This document shows, one piece after another, positions 50,814 to 63,647 of a DNA stretch of 64,000 bases. A program made the position numbers and the translations under genes. Each line of letters starts with the position of its first letter. Within the stretch, counting starts at the first letter, position 1. The notes beneath the pieces are model-generated. The model worked only from the letters and a program-made list of their open reading frames with translations. It had not been told where the DNA came from and searched no databases. The DNA is from Epithemia pelagica. Lineage: Eukaryota; Protista; Bacillariophyta. The stretch spans positions 1,178,001-1,242,000 of the forward strand of contig OX337235.1 in NCBI GenBank assembly GCA_946965045.2, in the 5' to 3' direction.

Positions 50814-52548
50814 ATGGGCGACGATCAAAAAGAAATGAAAAAGCGCCTCAAGGTGCTCATGAATCGTCCGGAAAATCAAGTCTGCAGTGATTGTCCGGAA
50901 CGACAACCTCGATGGGCTTCTCTCATTGTACCGCCTCCTGGAGCACCCCCAGGGTCCTTACCCATTGGAGCCTTTTGTTGCCTCGAATGTTCCGGTTCCC
51001 ATCGACGACTCGGTGTCCACATTTCCTTTGTCCGGTCCATCAATCTCGATTCCTGTGAGTGTGGCGCAATCGCAAGTATACTGGAGGGTTGTGTCTGTGT
51101 GTGTTTGTTCTCATTTTATATCTCTCTGCCTGTCTCTCTACTTGTGTATGTGTGTATTTTACTTTTGTTTTGTGCGAATTGTAGGGAAGGAAAAGGAAGT
51201 TTTGGCCATGGAGAATGGAGGAAACACCAAAGTGAATGCGATTTTTGAAGCCCGTTTGAACGTGCCAAAACCATCCAATCAAGCTGATTTGCAAACACGC
51301 GAACGTTTTATTCGGGACAAGTATGAACGCCGCAAGTTTTATGACCCTGCCGCGTTTACCAAACTGGCGGCACAATTCACCACGAAAGCACAACCGCCCC
51401 CAGCAGCAAGACAGTCATCCGCGGCGGACATGGACATGCCACCCCTCAGTTCGGCACACCAAGCCAATCAGGCATTTGGCAATATGGGAGCACCGTCTGC
51501 TGCTGCGAAAAAGAGATTGGAATCGCGGAAATCGAGTGGTGTGGAAAGTACATCGTCAACGGCGGCTCGAGGCCGTGTGAGCGGACCGGCGTCTTCAGCG
51601 GCCCCAAAGACTCGCTCCAAATCGGTGGCAGCGCAACCGAAATCACAACCGGTAGGAGATTTGATTGACTTTAATGCTTCTTCCGATTCGTTTGGCAAAC
51701 CAAAGTCCAAACAAAAGAAAGCTCCCAGCACTGATCTCATGGGATTCCCCGACGATTGCATGTCGCAAGCCAGTAGTGGTACCAACAAAACCAGCTCACG
51801 AAAAAAGGCCAGTGGCAAGTCCAAAGGTCAAGATGAGTTTGCCGATTTTGCATCGGCGGCCAGCAATTCATCCAGTGGAGATTTTGGTGATTTTGCTTCG
51901 GCACCAGCAGCAGCGGCCAAAACGGCACCGAAAGCAACCGCCCCGAAAGCAACCGCTCCTAAAGCAGCAGCGGCGGCGAACACTACTTCTTCAACCAACA
52001 AGGCAAAAAATACATCGAGCGATTCCGCGCAAAGTATCATGTCTCTCTACAATACCAACCCTGGCAATGCACAAGGATTTGGTGCCAATGGTGGCATGGC
52101 TGCCATGAACAATAGTGCTTTGAACAATAGCATGGGCAATATGTCCACCATGATGCAACAAATGAGCATTCAAAACAACAACAACAACAACGCTGCGAAT
52201 AGTATGGCGGCTGCCAACACGGCCATGTCTCCCAACTCTATGCAACAGCAAGCCATGATGTATCAACAACACATGATGCGATTACAACAAATGCAACGGC
52301 AACAAAATGTGGGTGTCATGATGATGATGCACGGCAATAATAATAACAATAGTATGAACGGAGGCATGAATCCCATGGGTGGTGGCAACACTAACATGCC
52401 CTTTCCCAATTTGCAAATTCCGACACCGCAACCAATGGGTGGCATGCCAGCAGCCGCTGCCAGACCCACCACCGGTGCCCAACCCAACAAGGCTCCGGCG
52501 GCCGCTGCCGATCCCTTTGCTTCCCTTTCGGCACGTCAAGGATTTTAA
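50814..52548 (+). CDS. ArfGAP (SMAP-like) with low-complexity C-terminus; exons 50814-51054 and 51185-52548
   Basis: CSDC..PRWAS..CLECSGSHRRLGVHISFVRSINLDS|WKEKEV..GGN..N and RERFIRDKYE. A GTGAGT...TAG intron restores the frame. Confidence 0.92.
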
Positions 52549-52623
52549 AAGGTTTTAGACACTCACTCAATGTGTTACGATCTCTTTCTCTACTAGGTGC
52601 GTTGAATGAAAGTACTAGCGTTA

Positions 52624-53604
52624 TCAGGATGACTTTGGAAGGCGACGTTCCAGCTCATCGACAATCCTCGAAATAGGTGCCGTATCAATCCACACAGTTC
52701 CTGGACCACGAATGAGGACAAGTCTTTGTTGCCTCACAAATGCAACCTTGCTGATTTGTCGTGATTGCACAGCCTCCAACTCCATCTGGTCTGTCATGGC
52801 AACCCACGCTCCTGGAAAGATTCGAAGGGTTTCACCTTGTTTGATTTCCTTGGCTATAATGTTGCCAGACCCGGCCAAATACACTGTCCCTTGTGCTCTC
52901 GTAATGCGCTCCATTTTAAGGAACGAGAGAGCCAACCCCTTGAGTCGAGTGCGTTCAAAGTCCAATGCCACGTCATTGGGAGCCGCCAAAAAGCTGCCGG
53001 TATTGCCAACAATGGCACCTCCATAGTCTTGGAGACGAATGGGCACAATGCGACTGGGAAATTCCGGTGCCACACCGACATGAGCACTTGTGGAGGACAA
53101 GGTGTTGGTATAAACAGTGACATAGGGTTTGACGCCTTGTACCGCACGTCGAAAGGTACTTCCTCCCCGTGTCTCGATCGAGGATTCCACTCCATCTGTC
53201 ATGTACAGGATTGTCCGAATGTCACAAATCACTTTTCCTCCTGGTGGCAGCGTAATGTCCAACATTTCGGCGTTGGATGGTCCTTCAATCACAATGGCGT
53301 CAATGTCTTGGTGGTGATCACTGCACGGCGACATGGCGGCAGCAGGGTCATTGTTCAATGCAAACAAGAGTGCTGCGACGATTGCCATTGATCTTAAATC
53401 GACAACCTTTCCAATTCGGAGGTTAGCATTGTCTTCCTTTCGACCAAACAAACATTTTTGAAATCGCTTGGCAGCGTTGTGGATGGTATCTTGAGTATTC
53501 TGGACGACGCTCAATGTGCCGTTTCCCAGAAAGGATCTTGTCCTGCAGGTGCTCTTCCCGTTTTGGGAGAGCAGAAGAGAAACGACCAATCCATACCAAA
53601 TCAT
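52624..53604 (-). CDS. AIM24: AIM24 (TIGR00266/DUF124) family protein, 326 aa
   Basis: ITLPPG...YMTDG, GSFLAA, GTVYLAGSG, GETLRI.PG.WVAM, GPGTVWI pattern. Confidence 0.8.
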   Translation of the reverse strand: MIWYGLVVSLLLSQNGKSTCRTRSFLGNGTLSVVQNTQDTIHNAAKRFQKCLFGRKEDNANLRIGKVVDLRSMAIVAALLFALNNDPAAAMSPCSDHHQDIDAIVIEGPSNAEMLDITLPPGGKVICDIRTILYMTDGVESSIETRGGSTFRRAVQGVKPYVTVYTNTLSSTSAHVGVAPEFPSRIVPIRLQDYGGAIVGNTGSFLAAPNDVALDFERTRLKGLALSFLKMERITRAQGTVYLAGSGNIIAKEIKQGETLRIFPGAWVAMTDQMELEAVQSRQISKVAFVRQQRLVLIRGPGTVWIDTAPISRIVDELERRLPKSS

Positions 53605-54330
53605 GGTTCACGCACAAAATGTACCAAGCACAAGAATACCCATTGGTATTGGTAGGAATCTTGATCCAAGTGGTTCCTTACACGACATCGAGATTTGAGA
53701 CATGGATTAGTGGGGATGGGTGCAAGCTTTCACGCGTCACCCTGCGCGATGCATTCGTCTGTCCGGTAACCGGCAACGCGATTGCTAATGACCACATGAG
53801 CAAATGAAAGCCTATTGTCCCCTCTCTCTCGATCTAGCCGAGAACTTCGATGATAGACAGTTCTTTCATCACGGTACAATTAGCGAGGGTCGACGATGCA
53901 GGTTCTTTCACATATGAGGAGTGCATCCACGACCAGCGCCGCATAAGGCAAAATACGGATCTACAGCACATCCCTTCCCAACAGACACCACATGCATGAT
54001 ACCACTTCGGTGCGCATCGAAGCCATTGATAGAGTTCAGTTGCCGTTTCCACCCTATATCACTTCGCCTCTTGTGCCACGTTCCATAAATCTCGAGAGAG
54101 CGCGTAACCCACAGAAATGACAAGCCTTAGAAAAAGTTCTTTATACGCGTTTCTATGATCGCAAACTCTAACAACCATTCATGGTGACAGTGCGTGCGGC
54201 TGTTCCGTGACGAACCAAAATTCCACACCGTAAGAACAAGTGTGTGGCAGGAAAGCGTTCCAAAGGACAATTTGGAAATGCTCCAAAATCAAACCAAAAG
54301 AAAGACCACAAGTGTGTGGTGGGAAATCCT

Positions 54331-56420
54331 CTAATTATCCAGAATGGCCCGAATGCGTCCCGTTCCAGAGGATTCCAGTCGGTTTTGTTGCATGGTGATT
54401 CCCCGGGCATTCCTCGAGGGAATTTCCAATTGAAAAGAACCATTGCCCTGCAAGTCCGAGTCACGCAGCAACAAAGTAGCATTGTCGGTCGAAACGGCCG
54501 TAATCCCCGTTAATGTGTTGTTACTGACATTGCAATCGAGAATTTCGGCAACCCCTTGTTCCAGGTAGATTCCAGAATGGTTGCGCGCAATACCACCATT
54601 TCGACGGGCTCGGCCTCGAGATCCCAGACCATTGCGAAGAACGTCACTGGTGGAAAGCGAGGCTTGTGTACCTCGTCCGCCAATGTAGACTCCCGTGGCC
54701 GCGCAATCGTAAACGCTTGAGTCTTTCAAAGTCAACTGGCCGCCGTCAATGGTAACGACACCTCGGCCACTTTTACTGGTCACACGCAATCCACTCAAAT
54801 TCGCCACAGGCAGCTCTTCTCGTGGCAAAACAGGCGGTGGACCTCTTTGTTCTGGTTGTGGCGGTTGAATCTGGATTGCGGCATTGCCATTCCAAATATC
54901 GAGACCATTCGAGGAGTGTTCAATGTCCAGGTTTTCTGCCGCAAAGTGTCCCCTCTGGACGCGAATGGCTGGTTGATTGAGCCGACTACTTCTCATGACA
55001 ATGGTCGCACGCGTTGGTACAGGTGGCAGTTGCATCGTCGTACACTCCGGTTCCGAAACTACGGATTCCTCGTCTTCCTCCATAGCCGCGTCATTGTATG
55101 ACGTTCCGGTGCACAAAATCAACTTCAATAGTGCTTTCCCTCTGCGTTTCTTGGTTTTGCGTTCGACGGTGCAAGCTGAACCAGCATCGCTGCTAATGAG
55201 TTCAGGAGGCGGTTGATAGATATTATCGGGTAGCATCATGGAGGCAACGGTAACTTTGTGTTGGGGAGTTCGATCCACTTGAATTGGTTCTTTGATCACA
55301 TATTTTCCTGGTCGCAACCAAACTCGAACATTTTCGCCAGTGTTGGCATCCAGTGCTCTGTGAACGGTCTTGTAATCTACTGGTACACAGGGATTTTCAC
55401 GGTAATATTGCTGAGAAACAAGTCTAGGTGAGAAATTGCAAGCTTTTTTCGAAATAGACGAAAAAGATCAATTTAGCGCTGATTTCTTACCTTCCAGGAA
55501 GCAGGCTCTTCATTTCCAGGAGTCCACTAAACAAGAAAACCAAACAAGCGAATTATTGTCAGATAGGAAGGGCAGTTACAAGGCTCGAAATTGCTCTCAT
55601 TCCAATTTACCTTGTAGAGATCTTGACACATAATTCTCCAAGTAGCCTCATTTCCAATTGTTTTGAACCAGAACCGATTCACCCCTTGCAACTGCTGGGT
55701 CAATTGAGGTCCGCAAAAGGCCAAAACATGAGGGAGAACATCGGTCGGACAAGCCACGGTCAACCACTGTAAAACATTCAACTTTTCGTAGGGTTGTTTC
55801 GTCTTGAAGCCACTCGACGACATTTGAAACAAAATGACTTCGTCGTCATCGTCCGAATTTTCCGTCATGTCCATGCGAGACTGCGAAAAGAGGGTGGACA
55901 TGGTCGATTGGCGCCGAAAGCGATTCCAGGGAAGTTTGGCGTCGGCCGCCTCCGCCATGCCTGGTTTGGATAGAGGTGCAATGCGAGAGCCCGGCACGGA
56001 CGGTGCAAACGGAATCAATCGATTCGAAAGGGTCGCCGATCTCGACCGCTGCAAGGGTTGACGACTGGATCGACTGCTGTTCATGGGTTCGTTGGAAACA
56101 CGAAACGAGCTGCTTCGGGAAGGTCTGGCAATCAATCGCGAAACCAAGGATTTCGCCTTCTTTCGCAACACGACGGGTCGTGGTGCCTGTTGCGAGGCAG
56201 ATTCTGGTACGCCGTTTAGAGGAGGACCCACGAGAATCGAGGAGGATGTACTGGGAGCAACCGACGATGATTCTGCAGCACTATCGTCTTGTGCCGCGGC
56301 CGTTTCTTCTGCTGCTCGTGTGACTGGGCTGGTGGAAGCTTCGAGGGGTGCTGGAAAACTCTCGTCGGTAGGAAGAATGGATGTTGTGGATGATGATGTT
56401 GTAGCAACCGCTGCCGACAT
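54331..56420 (-). CDS. F-box protein with right-handed beta-helix (FBXO11-like architecture); exons 56420-55611, 55526-55491, 55410-54331, about 641 aa
   Basis: F-box-like PTDVLPHVLAF..QLQGVNRFW...WRIMC; two phase-0 GT-AG introns join ...LYK|WTPGNEEPASWK|QYYRENPCVPVDYKT; PbH1-type repeats. Confidence 0.8.
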
Positions 56421-57919
56421 GCTCTTCACACAATTTCAGAAGGGTGACTCTATCAAAGGCGAAAAATGGCGCGAGGTTTTGAATTCGGTCCAGAGTAACT
56501 GTGAGAGGATGCGACAATCAATGTATGTGTGACAGCCAAGCAATGCAACAAGGATAGGAGAAAGGATTAGATGAGAAAGATAATGAGGCTGTCTTGGCTT
56601 GGATGGAAACGGTTCGTTTACGAGTCGGTCAATCGAGTAACCTTTCGCAATGACACACCAAGACGAGTGAGAATGAGGTTGATTCTGATGTTTGCACACA
56701 ATCTGTCGTAGGTTCGCCCTCATTCGATTCGACTATCACGAGACATTCCGTTTGCGGCCGTTTCCCACTCGTTCGTGGATCCTGTCTCGAATTCTGCCAA
56801 TGTACTCTTTAGTCTACAGTTCCCCGGCTCCAGAAAAGTGGGGAGCAAAAGTTCACTCGGTTCTCGCCGATCAAACCGCTTGCGTGCCGCATAGTTAAAA
56901 AATGAATGCGACCGCGAATGAAACAAATACGGCTGGCTGGCGTGATTCTTAAGTGTTTCTACACCGTTGCACGATTCCTTAAAACCAATGGATTTGAAAT
57001 CTCCCGATCGAGTGTACTCCGAGACTGGCAGGCGTGAAAACACGTACTCCTATGTATAGGCTGACATACTCACGAGGAGATATCCTCGAGAAAGAGATGC
57101 CAGGGACTGACCCATTACTCCCCCATTCCGCAACCGTTGGATAACTGTCCATTTCAGCATGCGTACTACGCCCTGCTACCTACCCTACCTGCTGCGATCG
57201 ATCGGTAGTCCGTAGCATATCAATCCAAAATGTCAATAGCGGAACAAGAGGGACCGGTTCGACGATGGGGAACACGATAATATATCAATGTGCAGAAGGG
57301 GGTTCACTTTGTAAAGGGTGGACAAGTCACGAATCGGCCATCCGGACTTGGGAAAACCACTTCATCACTCGCTCACCCAGCGCGGTGTTTGGAGTCCCAA
57401 CGTCTCCAACACTACGAACAATGAGATGCTTCTCACCAAGTGAAGAACTCTGATACATCGTCTTTCCAACCTCACCATTGACTGAAAACGAAACACGAAG
57501 ACTGCAAAGCGAATTTCAAAGCTTCCAGCGAAGTCTTTGGAAAACTAGGCGAACAATTGTTGGGAATCATCATTTGGGTTCTTGCTACCTTACAACTCCC
57601 ATGGCAGCTGATAGATTGTTTCTTGGTTACTGCCTACCTAGGATTTCTCGTTTCTCCACGACAAACGCCGCTCTCCTCGACTTCCTGCTTGTTGGAACCA
57701 AGAACCTACTTGTGCATCATAAGTCTACCTAGAGGTGGTGCAATGCAACAATCCAACATCATCATGGATCTATCCAGTGCCTACACCATGTGAAGCAGAT
57801 TGTTGCCGGTGGATTGACAAATATATGGCTATTGGTTTCTTTTTACATATGAATTCTTGTGGCTAACTACTGTCCCAGCTATTGAGGATCACTCTGTTTC
57901 ATCAGGATGTTGCTCTGTC

Positions 57920-59879
57920 TTATTCATCGGTAAGGCGGTCCGATCCAGATTCTTCTTCACTAATCTCCATCTTGTTGTTCGACTCAAGGTCGGCAAATCG
58001 CAAGGAATTCATGGCTCGTCGCTTCTTGGTCACCCATACTCCAATATCTTCATCATCACCGTCTAACAAGAGCAGTTCCCATCCCTCCAAGAATCGAGGC
58101 AACCAGTAGAGACGCCCGGGAATGCACAGCAAGGTCATAAAGGGGAAGACAATGGAAATGGCCGACATGTTTTGGACAAAAAAGACGAGTCCGAAAAAGA
58201 CCAATTGCAAGATCGTGTACAGGTGTACCTTGGGTTTGTCCATGTATCGGTTAAAGACCGTGTCGGGGTACTTGCTGGGTTGTTGCAACCACAGCAAGAT
58301 ACGGTTCCAGAATTGCATGGCGGGCAGAGCAGAAAGACCCATGAACAAAAAGACACCGTACAAGACAGGCATGGGCAAGAGTTGCAAGACCTTGAGGACC
58401 AAAAGAGACAAACCAACCATTAAATGGGAAAAGAACATGGTCAATCGAGTTTCTTGGACGGAAATGATGTTGCCATCCTTGTCCTTTTCAGCCAAACTGT
58501 TGAGGTGGATAATACAAGGTACCGTGGTGGCAACCAACCAGGGAAGTCCGAGACATCCGTTGATAAAGTTGAAGAGACCACTGAGGCACAAATCGTAGTT
58601 GTAGGCTTCTCCATGTTGCAAGTTATGACTCTTGTGGTTGATCAAATGCCACGTGATACCATTGTCCAAGAAGCACAACAAAAACGCTCCCAGAGCAGGA
58701 GCGGCAGTGACAATTGGAACCCATCCCTTGCCATTCAAATCCGAGAAATCCACAAACCACGAACGAGCACCAGCAGCTTCGGCTTGATCCGGACAATCGT
58801 CTGGAAAGAATGTGAGACAAGTGCTGTCACAGCATTGGTATGTCGGCTCAAAGCGATCGGGTACATTGAGTTGTTCTGTCTCGATACTGGGGAACAAGAA
58901 TTCTTTGATCATGGTGGTAATCAAGACTGAGAGGGTCACGGCGAAGTCATGGATCGAGGTACGGACCCCTTGGTTACAGAAGAAGGATGACGTCTTGAAG
59001 CTTCGGAAAAAGAAGATGAGCGCGGTCGTACCGAAACCAAGAAGAGTGCTCAACAAGGCAACTTCCAGGTAACTGTAATCTTCATCGTCGACGTAGTCTT
59101 CATGAGACTTGTGGTTAGGGTCAAAGTATCGCAAAATACCAACTTGAGAAAAGGGATCACCGACGGCATCCAACACAAAGATACTGACAATCAAGAGGGC
59201 AAAGATTTCATCCGTGAATCGAGTGGCCAGACGAACGACGCGGGTCAAGTCAAAAAATCCAGCCAAGACACAGTAGAACAAGAGCCAGCACGAAGTCCAG
59301 GCATTGAAGGTCAAATATGGGACATCGATGCTGTCGGCAATGCGAATGACAGCCTTGGTAAAGGCAAGCACAGGTCCTGTAGAACCAATGATGCACTGCA
59401 TTGACGAAACAATAGTGTGAGATATGAAAAGCGGGCCAAAGAAGGTATTTTCGGTGCTTTCATGCTCTCGAACGTACCATGGGCATACCGCCAATCATAC
59501 TGTACGCGATGCCGACCCATGTGGTGGCCAAAATTGTTTCGACGGCACCAATTCGATTGTCCGTCTCCTTGCCGTACACGGCTCCAAAGGTGAGAGTGGG
59601 TGCAATGACGGAAATGAACATGAGCAAGGTAACAGCAATGGTTTTCTGGTTGAAGTTGGTAACCTCCTTGACCCAATGAGTTCCCACGGTTCGCTTGAAA
59701 TCGTTAATAATACCCGTACCCCATCCCTGGGCCTCGTCCATGTGGACCTGGCCGGCTCCTTCGACCAAGTCCGCGTTTGCCACAGGACCTGTGTACTTTT
59801 CAACCGATGTCACCACCGTTTGATCTTCGGTCTTTTTCGTGGCCTTGGTGTGGTCTTCAATGTTGTTCTGGTCCGCCAT
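57920..59879 (-). CDS. SLC4: SLC4-family bicarbonate/anion transporter; exons 59879-59478 and 59395-57920, about 625 aa
   Basis: MFISVIAPTLTFG, GGMPM|CIIGSTGP, TRFTDEIFALLI, FLDNGIT, YNYDL, GLPWLVATT, VQETRLT, PVLYGVFLFMG, HLYTILQ. 82-nt GTACGT...GCAG intron. Confidence 0.92.
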
Positions 59880-62021
59880 GATGTGAAGAAGTGTTTCAGA
59901 ATACTTTGAATCGAGGTTGTTGGACTGGTGGTCGTCGCAATTGTTCAACCAAAGAAATTATGAGACTGTGGAAGGTCGACCCACTTTTGTTGAGACTTGC
60001 CAAAAGTTGACATGACATCTTTGTCGTCTGACGGATGGAAGTGGAAAGAAGCTGAGATTCCAACTGGAGGACAAGCCGCATATCGCAATGCACTGATGTT
60101 TTCTCTCCCGACTCCCGACGCTCAAATCACCTCTCTCCCACCGAGTTACCAATTACCAAAGTCCACAATCAAACAATATTCCTACTTCTACGAAGTTTTC
60201 CCTTCTACTTTCCGTTCGCCTGTCTCCAAGTCTCAGTCAAGTCTCTGGTTGCAATTCGCATTCTCTTTCTCATTTCCTCGTACGAGTCGAGTATGTTAGT
60301 TCACAGAAACAGAAAACAGATAGCATAGATGTGGTGCAAACTTTGTTTCTTTTTCTTGTTGTTTTTGCTTCCTTTTGGACTTTGGACAATTTCCGTCTCC
60401 TGAGCGGTTGATCCCAGTTCTTTAATCATCACTTATAGCTATGATGTCTCGGATTGGCGAGGAGGTGTGGATATCGATTTCTTTTTAACTGACGTCATAC
60501 ATTCGATTCACGGAAAAATCTGTGTCTGAGAGATGTGCGGTTGGGAATTGGGAATGTTTCGAAATCTTCGAAAGATCCCCCAATTTCCCCCATAAAATCT
60601 GATCAATGATCAACCATGTCTCATTTCTTCTTCTCTCTTGGTATAATTTTCCACAACAATGAGTCCACTGCCGTCTGCTAATGGAAATAATGAAGATTAA
60701 AATTCGTGCAGAGATAGGGACCTGAATATCCACGCCATTTCTGGATCCGATTAGGATTTGGGAGTAGGTGTCGTTTATGAGCCCTTCCAGGTCCCTTTCT
60801 TCAGCGCTGTCTCTTCTCCAGGAGTTTCTTGCCGTGGACAAAGTTTGACCGACAGTCATAATCACTTGATACTTCGTGTTACGTGGAATAATGTTGCAGC
60901 AGGAATTTGTTCTATCTTCACGAACTTGTCTTTTGGGTATTCAAATCAATCTAGAAGATTGTCAAAGTCGGTACCTAGCTCGGTCGCTCGGAATGTCAAG
61001 GAAAACAAGGAATGAAAAGACAAAGGAGAAGGAGAAGAAGAAGGTTCATGTTGGCTTTGATTTGTTTTACGGAACTGTTTAAACATGTACTAGCTAATAT
61101 ATCAAATCCCATGACCTTCTTGGGACAGCGGCATATTGCTACTGTCGATCTTTCCATGGTCTCTTGTGCCACCGACGACCAGATTCTATAATTGAATAAA
61201 AATTTATGGGCGTGTGTTGTTTTCTGTTCACAATTCATGTTCATGTCTTCCAAACACACATTGTGAGACGGCAGAGGATCGTTCATTCGAGTTCGAGTGT
61301 CTTTGATGTGACCAGTGACAACTGAAAAAGTCGAAAGTCGAAATCCGAAGCACCCCGTGACCAGCCAAACGGTCTTAACGATGATCTAAGATCTAAATAA
61401 GTACCTCTAACCTATACGAATACACGTTGGATACATCACCACCGATCCGAACCTGTTGCTTGTAACTTGCGGTTTGCTAGAGTCATTTTAGGATGAAAAG
61501 TCCGGTCTGAAACACTGGAAACTCCAAACTCGGTATTCTCATTTTACTTGTTGGTCAGCAATGACCAGCCCCAACGAGAACTGTCGGTGAGCGAATAGAA
61601 ATGACGACAACTTATTGATATTATTTGCGTAAACGTGCTTCGAATCGAACGCTCCTCCGAGAAATGTTCATGAACCAGGGACATCCTTCAAAATGTCAGA
61701 GTTCGAATTGCGGTGGCAGCGCTCAACGTAAAGGAAGGGAAGATTGTCGTTCGAATGTTCGAATGCCTACCTACGCTCATGGACAAAAGAAACCCCTTGA
61801 ACACTCTACTTTCCAGGGAGACATTCAAATCGGATTTCGCGTCCTTCGATTTTAATTCAATAGAGCTGAACGACAAAACGCGATGTTCGCAACCGATCGC
61901 CTTAAAGTGTCGCCCACATCTGACATTCATTCCATGGAAGCCGCTCTTTTTAAAACTTTAACACAACCTTAGGAGCTCTCACCTCCATGTCATCTGTCTC
62001 CCGCAACATGAAACGAGAGAC

Positions 62022-63647
62022 TTAGCGACCACGAACCAAAGATACACATCCTCGTTTGTCGCAGACCAGAGTTCCGCCAGCGCGTGCGGCATTGGACCAG
62101 GGAATCGTTTGATGCTGCAGTAACTTCCATTCGCCTTCCCCATCTTTGATCCAGTTTTGTTGCGCTAAAAGAGAAGCATCAATGACATCCATACCGACGT
62201 CAGGAAATTCCACCACCGTGGAATAAGCGCGATCTTCGAACATAACCACGTCGGCATCTGCAACTCTCATGCCTGATGGTCGGTTGCCTTCCTTCAAACA
62301 CAGTGCCCAGGGATCCAACCGTCCTCCTTCATTCATAATGTCTGTCACTGGTGGTGACAATGAAGCATTGTCACTTGAATTGTTCGGAAAGATTCCGGAA
62401 CACATGGCGGTTTCGTCTCCTTCTGTCAACGCGCTGTAGAACTGCTTTAGCCTGTCGTAAACTAAACCTTCCTTTTCATTTATCTCGTTCTCCGAGGATG
62501 ACTCAGACGCGCTGCTCTTAGATAAAAGAGGGCTGTCGTCCTCGTCTAAGACAATCGTTGGTCTCATGTGTTGTCCCATGAGTTGAATCCACGATGGGAT
62601 ACTTCCCTGTCCAGAACCAAACGATCTTCCGAGTGCTGAGAGACCAAACCACTTGAAGTTTCCCAAAGTGCTGTCATCACTCTCGGGAGATCCGTCGTTT
62701 GATGTCGTGGATGTGGACGATAGCTCGCTGAAATAAGACTTCCACTCAGCAGCATTGCCTGGAGCTGCCAACCATGGTTGTTGTCCCCTGCTTCGAAGGG
62801 TTGACGCATCTAAACCCCAGTCCACAGGTGTGGAATCGTCAGACGGAATGGGAACAACGACAGTCTCGGATTGTACCAGTCGTCGGGAGAGTACAAACAG
62901 CTGTTCCAGGGCTTGTTTGAGTGAATCTTTGGTGCCAAAGAGGGCCAGCACACGTAGTGTTCGAGATCCTTGGAGTTGTCGAATCGTCTGGGTAGAGGAT
63001 TCGTACATGGAATCGGACAAAACTGATTTGGCGGGCATTCGAATGGGAAGCTCCAATGCCTGAAGTTCCTTTTCAAGTCGCGTCAGTTGACGATTTCGGC
63101 GTCGGCACTCCCGCACAAAATTCGCTGCAAAAGCAAGACCAGCACCAATGCAAAGAGCAGTTGTTGTCATTGGTTCACCCCCGCTGAATGTGGACAGCGT
63201 CGCACTTCCACCACTGTCTTGCATCATGGGAAGGGATGAGGAAGATGAGCTCACAATCGACGGATAGGAAAAGGAAAAGAATGCTGCCAATAAACTCAAG
63301 TTGATCCGCAAGGGTTCACTTTGATTCAAGCTATTGTACTTGGCCAATGCATCTCCTCGAACACCTCGTAGGGTATACACGTCAAAGGTCGGTTTGGTCA
63401 AATCGTATGCCTTGTAATCCTCTCGGTCGTTATTGTCATTGTAAGACAAAAGCAAGGGTGACGGTCTATTCTTTACGACTTTGTCTCGTTTGGGGCTGAA
63501 TCGATTCGGAAGGAACGATGCTTTTGTTTGTGTTCGAGTTGGATTGGCAAAAGCGGTGCATAGGTTCAATGAATTGAAGGAAACAACGATCCATAGCACC
63601 GTAACCCACATGTATTTGACGAAAGCGTTTGTAAAGGGTAATCTCAT
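62022..63647 (-). CDS. Plastid-targeted LPA1-like protein with C-terminal SnoaL/NTF2-like domain, 541 aa
   Basis: Signal plus AF motif (CTA-FAN); two TM helices followed by LELPIR...QLQG..RVLALFG...RL....VVVP resembling LPA1; C-terminal FYSAL..GD..AM / QQNW....W.L.QH. Confidence 0.6.
   Translation of the reverse strand: MRLPFTNAFVKYMWVTVLWIVVSFNSLNLCTAFANPTRTQTKASFLPNRFSPKRDKVVKNRPSPLLLSYNDNNDREDYKAYDLTKPTFDVYTLRGVRGDALAKYNSLNQSEPLRINLSLLAAFFSFSYPSIVSSSSSSLPMMQDSGGSATLSTFSGGEPMTTTALCIGAGLAFAANFVRECRRRNRQLTRLEKELQALELPIRMPAKSVLSDSMYESSTQTIRQLQGSRTLRVLALFGTKDSLKQALEQLFVLSRRLVQSETVVVPIPSDDSTPVDWGLDASTLRSRGQQPWLAAPGNAAEWKSYFSELSSTSTTSNDGSPESDDSTLGNFKWFGLSALGRSFGSGQGSIPSWIQLMGQHMRPTIVLDEDDSPLLSKSSASESSSENEINEKEGLVYDRLKQFYSALTEGDETAMCSGIFPNNSSDNASLSPPVTDIMNEGGRLDPWALCLKEGNRPSGMRVADADVVMFEDRAYSTVVEFPDVGMDVIDASLLAQQNWIKDGEGEWKLLQHQTIPWSNAARAGGTLVCDKRGCVSLVRGR

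Noticed and set aside
60100-62000. Short ORFs of 68-126 aa in the SLC4-LPA1 interval (similar ones at 42300-43900, 49500-50800 and 56450-57900)
   Set aside because: No motifs, frequent stops, and no consistent splice model by eye. Small or decayed genes cannot be excluded without RNA-seq.
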